A DNA stretch of 64,000 nt, taken from the NCBI GenBank assembly GCA_964199315.1, contig OZ116702.1, positions 32,922,001-32,986,000 on the forward strand, read 5' to 3'. Each line of letters opens with the position of its first letter. Position 1 is the stretch's first letter. Below, in pieces: positions 1 to 10,361 of this stretch. Source of the stretch: Orbicella franksi (Eukaryota). A program made the translations under genes and the position numbers. The notes beneath the pieces were generated by a model. The model ran no database searches, was not told where the DNA came from, and saw only the letters and a program-made list of their open reading frames with translations.

Positions 1-60
1 TCATTAACGAATCATAGACCGGCTATGCATGTATGAATTACACTTATAAATCACTCATAC

Positions 61-3000
61 CGTTAAACGTTTTCACGACATCTGTGGGAAGTTCTGAAAC
101 ATCTGCAGTTTCCACACTTGTTGTCTTGTTCAAAGAGCTGCATGCATGTTCGAGCTTCTCTTTTTCCTCTGTCAATAAACAAATAAAGATGATGGTAAGT
201 TCACCAACTTACTTACCAAGAAATTTAGGACACTATAACAAGATAGTATTATTACAATGCCTTTAACTGACATTGAACATAATCTATACCTTTAGAATTC
301 TCCAGAAGCACCTCCTTTTTCTTTTCTTCAGCGTCCACGTTCTGCAACGTAGCATTACTGTAACTCATTTGGTCTTGCAAATCAACAATCTGCTGAGATA
401 TGTTTGCCTCCTCCAGAGCGACCCGCCCTCTTTTCTGCGGGTAGATTTTGGTTGTATCGTCCAGCCTCTCTTGAAATTCTTCAAGTTGATGTTTCAGTGA
501 GGAGTCAGTGATCCTTACCAGGTTTTTCTTTTGTTCTGAAATATTTCCACAAGAGCTTATTATAAGTTCAATGACAAAACTGGGTTGTCTTTTCTCGTTG
601 TCAATTTTTCGATTTTCAATTCTGCAGTTATTATAGTCTAAACAAATTTCGTGTTGTTTCGTAATGTGAATTATGATTTGCCTGTTTTATTTTGTTTTAA
701 GCGTCAGATAAAAGGTTCGTGTTACTTTTGAACATGCGATTGCCATTTAAAAACACCAGTTACAATTACATGGCCTTTTCTTTGCGATCAAGAGGTCCAA
801 ATTTCCTCAGAAGAAAATCTTACCCTTAGTGGTATCAAGCGCTGTGGTTAAACTCTCTTTCTCTTTGACTTCCCTCTCCAACTCAACATTCCTGGCATTA
901 AGATGGCAACTCAGTTCAACAATTTGCTGTGATTTTTCAGTGGTAAGCAGCTTGTCGATGGCTGCCCTCTCCGCTGTTTGAGTGTTGGCTGTATCGTCCA
1001 GCTTCTCTTGTAGTTCTTTCAATTGATCTTTCAAGGAGTTTATCTTGTCGAATTCTTTCTTTCGCTCTGAAATGGTCACACGAGCTATAAGTTTAGTGTA
1101 AAAAGATTGTCCATTAGCGTTCCGTTTTCCATAATTTTTCACAATATTGTAGATTAAAATCTACACAACTTTTCTGCCGTTTCGTACTGTCGACAGTGAG
1201 TTTTTTTGAAAGCCTATTTGCAATTTGTTTTATACCTGCAAATTTACAAAACTGCATGATCAAAAACGTTATGCACCTTCACAGTTCTCACGCCCTGTAC
1301 TTTTCTCCTCTTTCTTTTTGACTTCCTTCTCCAACTTCGTATTCCTGGCAGTCAATTCAACAATTTGCTGTAATTTTTCCCCAAGCACCTTCTCAATCTT
1401 CGCTAACTCCACTGTTCGTGTGCTGGCCATGTTTTCCAGCTTCTCCTGTAGCTCTTTATGTTGCTGCTTTAGCGTGGCGTTCGTCACTTCCAAGCTGATT
1501 TCACGTTCTAAAATGAATCCAAGAATTGCGTGGATGAAACATCGCCGGATGAAACATCGCCGGATGAAACATCGCCGAATGAAACATCGCCGGATGAAAC
1601 ATCGCCGATGTTTCATCCACACAATTTTAAGAAGGAAAATATTTTAAGCCGCTATGTACATTTTCCTTCTTATCTATCCTGTTCAAACAACTTTCTCTTA
1701 CGCACTGTGAATTTCCTTCTCCGGGTAAAGATTGCGGTAAGTGGCCTTCTTTGTCTTTAAGCTTAAAACTGGGTCAGTGAAATAAAATCAGCTTTTCCTG
1801 AACATAACTTAATATGAATATCCAACAGTGCATTCAACGTAAAATTACATTCGCAGAAATTTTTGACAGACCACTAAAAAGCAAAACTTCACAACATACA
1901 GTGTTCCGACGCTGCTGTAGGTCCTGACATACCTTACCAAATGAAATTATATGGTCCAATTCTGAGTTTTAGCCTCAAAGAAAAATTGTCAATGCGAGCT
2001 GCCTACCTTTACAAGTTTTAAACTCTTGTTCCTTCTTCAGGATGTCGTCTGACAGTTTCTTTAATATTCTGTCAGTATCCACCAGGGTTGTTTCCAACTC
2101 AGTGATGTAAACAAGTTGTTGTTGTTTTTTCTCGTTGCTTTCATTCAGTTGCCACTGCAACTCTTTCTCCCGACTTTGAAGCGAGCTGATTAGCATTATC
2201 AGGTCAGTATTCTCTGCTACAGAAAATAAAATTAAGAAAAGAAATTAGAAAAGCACTTAAAAATGTAAGTCCCGATCGTACGAACTCACTTTTAATTGGA
2301 AACTCGATGTTTCCGTGATACTCTGAATCAGATTTGGAAGTGTTTTGTTGATTGCTAATATTACCTTTGAGGTTCTTTAGCTCTTCAGAGAGGTTTCTCG
2401 TATCTACAGAAGCTTTGTCCAGTTTCTTCTGAACATCGGCAGCTAACATTCTGAAAAGCTGTTTTTGTTTCATGTTTATTTCTTCTCTTCTCACCAAAAT
2501 CTTCTTTAGTTCCGAAACTTGACTGCAAAGGGATTCGTCTGGTTTGCGACATTTTGCAAATTTATCTGGAAACAAATATAAAATTCAAAGAATGCAATAC
2601 GTCCAGTGATTAAGTAAGTCAATCAGTCAGTGATTAATGTAAATATGTCCCGGAATTTTGTGGGGATATACCGCAGTCGTTTCCAAGAAGACCGTTTACG
2701 TTTACGTTTATAGCGAGAAAACGTGTATCGCATATCATATTTGAAGCCGGGTGATCCGACACACAGCTTACCTTTCATTGAGTTAAGCTCCTTGCCAAGT
2801 TCTTTTATTTCTGATTCCTTGTCGAGACAGTTTCTTTTTGTCGCCAAAATATCCTTCTTTGCATTCTTTATCTCTTGCTCTTTCTCTTGCATTTTCTGTG
2901 CGAAATCACTCTCCTTTTTGTGTTCACCTTCTCGCAACTGCGACACTTTTTCTTCAAGGCATGCAATTTCTTGGTTTTTCGCTGGGTGGGGATGAAGTAC

Positions 3001-4236
3001 AAACGAAAATTACCAGGGGGGTATTGAATAACATGAATATAAAGACTAGCACCTGAGTTTCCAGGAACGAATTAGATTTACGTTATGGATAATGGAAACT
3101 GGTTGTTTGATGAGATGCGATGAAGTAGGGAGCAGGGATGGCCAAGTGGCGAGAGAGCACGCCTCCCACCAATGTGGCCCTGGTTTGATTCCGGCCCGGT
3201 GCCATATGTGGGTTGAGTTTGTTGTTGGTTCTTGTCTTGCTCCGAGGGTTTTTCTCCGGGTTCTCCGGTTTTCCTCCCTCCACAAAAACCAACATCTCCA
3301 AATTCCAATCAGCATCAGAAGACCTGCATGACCAGCGAAGGCAGATGTGGCTTCCTCTCTAAATATTGTAAATTCAATTGTTTGATTCTCCAAAAAATGC
3401 AAAGATCATACCATCACAGTGCTCTTTGAGCACGGTAATCTTCTCTTCCAGTTCTCGTTCTCGCTTACCCTAGAAAGTAAAACTAGTCTAAATTTATCGA
3501 GCTTTAATACATAATGATGAAAACATGTCAAAAAAATTTTGGAGGAAAGTATAGAACAGTAAATAAATGAAAGAGAAAGACCTCTTTCTATAAGTGTGTT
3601 TGGCGCAAAATTAAAACTTTAATGCGAAGACTTCAATCTCTTTTGTCAAAACGAATACAATTTTAACGTCATAATTGAGAAGCGCTTGCGCGCGCTTTAC
3701 CTTTCCTTTCCAGACGATTAAAAACATACTTCCGTACAAGAAAATTGCGCACATGAACAAGAGACGACGATTTATACGGTGGATACTGTTATTTGAGAAC
3801 ATGCCCTATACATTAGTCAACTCTCAGTCAATTGAATGAGTTGAAAAGAGAAAGGAGAACAGGAGAGCAAAACGGGAGACAAAACTCCAACAGCGCGACA
3901 AATTTAGTTATTTTTTTAGATATCTAGCATTTTGCGAGATAACATCGGCAAAAAAGAATATTTCTCTTCGCAGAAGGAGGCATAATCTGAGAAATTCAAA
4001 AGGACAATTGAAGTCTAGAAAAAGGAAACGCCCACCTTTTTGGCCGGCCGCCGCTCCCCATGTGAAGCCTCAAGAGGTTCGTAGTTGTTTGTGGGTAGGT
4101 CTGCAATCCACACGTTGGCTTTAGAAAGCACATCCAGAGAGCTGGATGGCATTACACTGTCATCTTCACCTGTAATATGTTTGTGTAAGAAGTTAAAAAC
4201 TCCACTTGAAGTACTTGATAACCACGAAGTACCCAT
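61..4236 (-). CDS. Multi-exon coiled-coil protein of unknown family; 3' end lies beyond the left edge. Exons: 4236-4036, 3469-3412, 2981-2772, 2565-2290, 2216-2007, 1507-1277, 1066-824, 535-290, 168-61
   Basis: All exons are flanked by AG/GT and join in frame (phase 0, then phase-1 symmetric exons). The product (MGTSWLSS...PAKK|GKRERELEEKITVLKEHCD|AKNQEIACLEEKVSQLREGEH...) is E/K/Q/L-rich with heptad character. No recognisable family motif. Confidence 0.8.
1524..1626. repeat. Five tandem 15-bp units (GGATGAAACATCGCC) closed by an inverted copy; intronic foldback
   Basis: Units at 1532, 1547, 1562, 1577 (one mismatch) and 1592. The termini AATTGCGTGGATGAAACATCG and CGATGTTTCATCCACACAATT are reverse complements with 1 mismatch. 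Confidence 0.9.
3128..3385 (+). mobile_element. tRNA-derived SINE, family A (intronic)
   Basis: A-box-like TGGCCAAGTGG and B-box-like GGTTTGATTCC. The body GTGGGTTGAGTTTGTTGTTGGTTCT...CCACAAAAACCAAC recurs at ~16956 (+) and ~20135 (-). Confidence 0.85.
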
Positions 4237-5045
4237 GTTTCCACTGTGCTACAACAAGCGCTCAACACGAAATCGGAAATGTTTCCATTCTGATCGGTTG
4301 TTATGGCTACGCGCATGGTAACTGATTGTGTCGTCACTGTTTGAAAACGTCACGAAGAGAAGCGAGAAACCTGGGTACCAAGCACGTTTTGCGCGCGAGA
4401 AGGCAAAGTCTAATTAACAAGGTAGAAAAAGCTAAAAATGGGATTGGCGTTGTTTATTATTAAATGAGATTAAAAACTATTGTTTCATTTTAAGCAAAGT
4501 CTGGTTAGGGAGTATCTTGGCTATTAGCTCTAGTTGCAAGCGGAAGCGACTAGAAAAAGTGTCACTTGGCTCTCTCAAATGTTTTTTTCACGGTGTCATT
4601 ATCAAAGCAAAAGAATAAAAAGAGTACCTGCCTTAATTCTTTCTCTGAAATTTAGTCCGACAGGGGCCACAATGCTGGCTCCCAATAGCTACATGTGGCA
4701 GTTTACTATTGTCACGCGCTTTGTTGTGAAACAGGCATTTCAAAAAGTAACGATGTCGGGTCTTTCGCGTCCCCGAGTTGTGCAAACCGCTCGCGCAAAT
4801 ACGCGAATCATGAAAAATTTGAAATTTCTGGAAGCAGAAAGTGTCCAAGCTACAACTGAATCAGAATGAACAAGACACTCCAGTGCATTTGATTTTTCTG
4901 TAGGCTGTAGAAATCCTTATTAAAAAAAAAACTCTTGCCTGAAGCATCCTAAGGTAGAGATTTTCATTAAAAAGTCTTGGAGAATATAGAATACCTATTC
5001 GCCGATCTAAAATCGTTCAATTCCGAGCCGGGAGTTCTCAGTATT

Positions 5046-5232
5046 CAGGGCCGTCGCTAGTAACAGGCAAACCGAGGCACTTGTCTCAGTCATTTTTTTC
5101 GTTTTTGTTGTTTAAAGTCATCAAAGACACCCTAAATTCCCAGGAAGAGAATTAAACCATGGACATTGCCTCAGTCACAACTCATTTCTTGGACACTGCC
5201 TCAGTCATAATTTGTTTCTGGCCAAGGCCCTG
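5046..5232. mobile_element. Non-autonomous DNA transposon (CAGGGCC...GGCCCTG termini), possibly hAT5-like
   Basis: 7-bp terminal inverted repeats; flanks GTATT/GTAAT (4/5 match, candidate 5-bp TSD); internal repeats of TGCCTCAGTCA. Confidence 0.55.
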
Positions 5233-5522
5233 GTAATTGTAATCTACTAAGGTCTACAATAGGCCACGTTCGATATATCAGTATTTTATCATAGCTTCGA
5301 GGCTTTCGGGACAAACTTACATATTTGGTTTTGTTTTCTTTGTATCCAAGTCTCTTCTGGGAATTACGAGACAAAAGAAACTTAAAAAATTTACAATTTT
5401 GACCCGAAAGCCTCCGACTGATATATTCCGCACAACGAGTGTAGAGAAGAAAATTACAATGTACCGTATATGACCGTTATATGAAGTACGTAACCCCGAA
5501 AGACTTGGGACCTAATTTCAAA

Positions 5523-6967
5523 ATGGCGCAGGTTAACGTAGCAAATAGAGTATTAGGCCGCTATGTTCGACCATTACAGCGGCTCACTTTTAACTACTGT
5601 AAAACTGGAGGGAGCAGTAGAGGAGTTAGGTAATTATTAAATCGAATATTTGATCGCAAAGTAGCGAGTTAAGCTCTGATATTCACGCGCACGTAGTTTG
5701 ATTTCAGGGAGTACATTGACAAGAACATCGTGGATTTTGCAAGGAAGAATCCTGGAATTGCTATTTACGTCAGAGAACAAAACGAAAAACATCCCACGAT
5801 CATCGCAAATTTTAGTAAGTTATTTCTGTGGTAAAATAAGTAGCGTGTATTGGTGTTTCCACCGAACGCAATCGAACTCAATTACTGATCATGAGTTCGA
5901 TTGTGCTGACTGTCAGCTAGTTCTATGAGGGTCATTCAATTTCATATCCACCCCCCCCCCCCTATTGATGAGATTTTGTTTTCCTGACCACTTAAGAATT
6001 TTTTTCCTCCAGGTACCCTTCCCCCCCCCCCCCCCCTCAGAAAAGAGCCTATTAAACAGCAGGATTTCAGAAATTTAGCATTTTGTGGTACCCTCGTCAG
6101 AAAAAAGTATTTATCACTACCCTTGTTGATGATGCAATGTTCCCCACTCCTCCTCAGAAATTTACTCTTGGTATTGTACTCCTTCAGAAATAAGCAGTTT
6201 GAATAATAACCCCCAGAAAATCTTATGTGTGTGTGGGTGTGTGTGGGTGGGGGGGGGGGGGGGGGGGGTGGGGTGGATATAAAATAAAACTGCCCGGAAT
6301 CTTAAACTTTAAACTACTTTTTGTTGAAAATACTTCAGCTAGCTTAGAAGTCAAGATAGCAGGATCTTTGAAAAATGAAAATTATGACCCCTCTACACTA
6401 GGCAAATTTTTGTTATTTTTTGCAAAATGATGATCTGTCGATTGTCAACTCCATTTTGCAAGTGCAGATACTGACGAGTCTTAAAACTGACAGATCTGTC
6501 AATTAACTTTAAGGAAAACATTACTGAAGTTTGAGAATAGATACTGTTGCCTGACTCTGTGGCAGACATACCCAGATAAGATACCATCACAGAGTCTGAT
6601 TTACTGATTTAGATAGTAGAATATGCAGAGTGTTTACTACTGATTGTTACATTATTATTATTATTATTATTATGATTATTATGATTATTATTAGCTATGC
6701 TTACTGTTATGAGCTAGTAATAATTTTCTTATAAATCTTTACTTTACTTCCTTAGTAAGTGGTAACACCAAAGAGATCAATGCGAGGAAGATGAAACCAG
6801 AAGAGGTTCAAGAAATAGTCACAAGCCTTAGAAATGAATCAGGAGAGGAAGTAAAGAAACTAAGAAAATTTTGGCACACTGAGAATCCTTCGATACAAGG
6901 AACGTGGAACCCATTCCTGAACAAACCTCCTTCACTGAGAAAACACATCAAAAACAAAGTTGTGTGA
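5523..6967 (+). CDS. MRPL43: Mitochondrial ribosomal protein L43 (mL43). Exons: 5523-5629, 5708-5814, 6756-6967; 141 aa
   Basis: MAQVNVANRVLGRYVRPLQRLTFNYCKTGGSSRGVREYIDKNIVDFARKNPGIAIYV...FWHTENPSIQGTWNPF. The LQRLT, SSRGxR and TxNPSIQGxW motifs match mL43; exon lengths 107+107+212=426 nt are in frame with GT-AG introns. Confidence 0.95.
5930..6292. mobile_element. MITE-like element in MRPL43 intron 2
   Basis: Imperfect inverted termini TTTCATATCCACCCCC... and ...GGGGTGGATATAAAA with poly-C and poly-G tracts. Confidence 0.6.
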
Positions 6968-8423
6968 AGCTGCAACGAGATGAGAAATTACTATCTTATC
7001 AAGTTACTACTGCTACTCAGTGACTTGTGAATAAGATTTTCACATCGTGCTTGGACAGGAAATTTTTGAAAAGCCACGTACCTTGTGCTTGCTGTGACTT
7101 ACAGGACAGGTTTCATTGTTGTGTGATCTTCAGGACAAAACCTTGACTGTGCAGTACACAATACATTTCTGTCAATCATAACTAGAGTGGATGGGTTTTT
7201 AGCAGACGTTAAGCCCAGTGGGTCAAAAGTCAACATTCAAAGACTAGCACTTTATTGACTTGTTGTGATTGGTAGCTTCCATTCTGTCAATGTACTGTTT
7301 GTACAGTGGATACTTTACTAGTAATCAGACATCTATTTGCCATTTTATTCAGAGAGGTTTCTTGAGACGAAAAGTTTTTAATTTCATGCTTAGCTGGCAG
7401 GCACATTTTGACTGATGATTCAACAAGGACCGAACTTGCTCCATCATCCAGAAAAAGTAAAAATGAAATCATGTCAATGAGAATTAGCTGCGGCATATCT
7501 CCGAAGTGACCATTTGTCTAATGTCCCAGAGACTTAGTTGAAGAACACCATCAGTTCTGCTTCTCCGTATCTAGAGTGGGGCCAGAAATTTTTACTTCTC
7601 CAAGACACTCTGTCAGCTGCTGCCAGCCCTGCCTCTTGAAGAACAGGCATGGACAGAGCTTCTGTCAGAAAGATTAAGTATACTTTGTAACTTAAAACAT
7701 CTCCTATACAAAGTGTAACTGCCACCTCACTGCAGTAACCAGGAATTATTTTCCCCTGTGTCAATCCATATTCTTTACTGTCATGGAAACCTCCCAACAG
7801 AGGCCAACTCTACATACAATGTCCACTTAATAATTTTTGCCCCAGAATTTTTGTAGAGGAGTTCACCTATACTCTGCTAAACTGGTTTGATTGTGAAGGT
7901 TGCATAGCACTGAAAACCTTGAGTGGTTAGAAAGTGGAACTGCAAGAATCGAGGATTGTATCACTATTGTCTTGTTTATTTTCTCTAGTGGTTGGAATTC
8001 ATGCAATCAGCATAGTGATGTCTTCATAGCTTTGTAGAGGAAGGTCCTATGAAATTTTAAGAATTTTTGTGAGGATTTTTAAGGTGTTGATGAGAGAGAA
8101 GACAGTGTAGGAATACCTATTATAACAATAAAAGGTCGAACTGATGATAAGTTGATAAATATATTTTATTTCATTTAGTTTGTATTTAAACACATTTGTT
8201 CCACGTAGGTAAGGGTCTTTGAAGGGATAAAATCATCTTTTCACATTTTTCACTCCATGTGAAAGACATTTCAACGTTGATAAAGCCACCATAAATTTCT
8301 CCAGTTCAAAATAAATAACAAGGATGAAATAGTTCACCCTACCCCCCAGCATTATGCCACGTCCCCCCGTACACATTTAATGTCAACCCTTCCCTCCCCC
8401 TTCGGTACTCATTTATATCCCTA

Positions 8424-8783
8424 GGGCAACGTCCACACTACGCCGCAGAAATTTCAAAACGCAGCTTTATTTTCAGTTACGCCTACCGACCACACTAATC
8501 CGTCCCGAAAACGGAGCTTTTCGAAAATGCCCTTCAAACCGGAGGAATTTGAAAATGCGGGCCTTTCGTTTCCATCTTGTGGACGGAAAACATTTTGAAC
8601 ATTTTGGCGTCACGGTAATCATGTGATTTCCCTGACTGAGTTTTTCTCAAGCACAAATCCAAAATGACCCGTGATTGTTGCCTTTTAAATTCCTCCAGCG
8701 CCGTGTGGAGGGAAAAAAAATTGATGCGTTTTCAGCGTGAAACCTCCATTTTCAAATTCCTCTGGCGTTATGTGGACGCAGCC
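8424..8783. mobile_element. PIF/Harbinger-like MITE
   Basis: Inverted termini GGGCAACGTCCACACTACGCC and GGCGTTATGTGGACGCAGCC, flanked by CTA/TAA. A related copy lies at 23337-23576. Confidence 0.75.
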
Positions 8784-9775
8784 TAAGTCATGGGAGATAT
8801 TTTTAGAGGAAGGTCATTGAGTCTTAGACCGTTAATTCTACACGCAAACCATTAAGCCACCGCGCATACAAACGATATAGCACACACAACACAAAAACTA
8901 AAATGTTATGAGGCCATTTCCATGTAACAGTAATCTGTCTCGTCACAATCGTGGAAAAAGCGGGAAACAGGGAGCGCGGAGCTTGATGGTTAGACGGTGA
9001 AAACCAGTTTCTGGAGTCCAGCAGGCCAAAAACTCCACAAACAAACACATTGTACTCCAGCTAGAGAGGAGAGCCTGGGGACAAGCCTGGTCTTTGACCA
9101 CATTTTTCACTCCATGTGTCAAACCTGGACTTGTCTAAAAACACCTCCCAAATTCTAGACAAGGGGGGATCGTAACGAGCGAAGGAAATTGAATTTCACT
9201 AATCCACTTCGATTATAAACAATAAGATGCGATAAATATTCGTAAATTAAATAATTTCTCCTCTGAAACTGACAATATTCTCGCAGAAGACCCGCAGTCT
9301 TCAGATTTGTATCGAAAACTCTATTACTCGCACCAGGTTTCAGATCATGTTTATACAATATGCTTTTCAAAGATGAGGACCTCTTTGACATAATTTCTCA
9401 CTCCATGTGTCAGATGTTTGCTTCGCGACGATGGGCGACCGAGAATTCCTCCAATCTGTAGTAAACGACGAGATCACGTGACAGATCACGTGCAAATGAC
9501 TCTTGCAGGTATGATTCACGCTTCGCTCTCATTGTCTGGAAATGCAATGAAATAAATAAGATAAATTAACTACAACAACAAAAACAGTTAAAGCAAATTA
9601 AAAGAAGGGATTGGAGTGAACATACCACGCAATTTAGATCCTCTGAGAATGTTGGCGATCCATGCCATTCGATATTCATCAGCTTGTTTAAATCTGTCTG
9701 TGTGACGAAGTTGTGAGGAATCTGTGGGAGGATTGGTTCATGTTAGTCAATATTTTAGCTGTCCATAGACTACAT

Positions 9776-10045
9776 GGGAGGCAGGCTCGCTTCATGGTTC
9801 GGGCGCTCGGCTCCCGATCGAGAGGTCCGGGTTCGAGCCCTGACCGGGGACATCGTGTTGTGTTCTTGGGCAAGACACTTAACTTTCGCAGTGCCACTCT
9901 CCACCCAGGTGTATAGATGGGTACTGTGATGGACTAGAATCCCATCCAGGGGGAGTAGAAATACTCCCAGTGGCTTCATGCTACAGAAACCGGAGATAAG
10001 CACCAGCCTGATGGGCCACTTAGCTCGTATACAGACGCATACCTA
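9776..10045 (+). mobile_element. tRNA-derived SINE, family B
   Basis: GGTTCGAGCCC B-box; body GTTGTGTTCTTGGGCAAGACACTT...CCACCCAGGTGTA...CATCCCATCCAGGGGGAGTAGAAATACTC shared with copies at ~17826, ~18653 and ~33757. Confidence 0.85.
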
Positions 10046-10361
10046 TACACTAAACTGATTCATCAATGCACCGTTCGGTCTCCGCTGACACAATCTTATC
10101 GAAATACGTACCACGCACTCATGTGTGTAGAAACGGCAACCCCGTTCCCAGGGTCCTCTTACTTCTTCGCTCGAGGGGAAGAGAGAGGAAACTGGGAACG
10201 AATTTGTACAGCTGGACGGGTTGACGTCAGCCAGTCACTTTTCTGGTCACTAACGCTCGATAGGCCAGCTGCTTGTCTAAAACGGCGGTTGTTGCGCTTT
10301 AACCAAGCCTTTAAAAAAGAATTTCCAAGGTGCTTTTTAACACATTTCCGCGTCGAAGCTA

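Noticed and set aside
1532-1606. Regular short repeats resembling a CRISPR array
   Set aside because: Units are directly adjacent with no spacers, there are no cas genes, and the context is a eukaryotic intron.
3046-3402. ORFs such as WREENRRTRRKTLG / GGKPENPEKNPRSK (also at 16904-17163 and 20104-20459)
   Set aside because: They are translations of SINE family A copies, not genes.
7287-7797. Minus-strand ORF fragments with faint resemblance to a piggyBac-like transposase (YKVY...) or an aspartic protease (FLDDGAS)
   Set aside because: Only a few residues match, frames are broken, and no TIR or LTR context is present; an HMM search would be needed.
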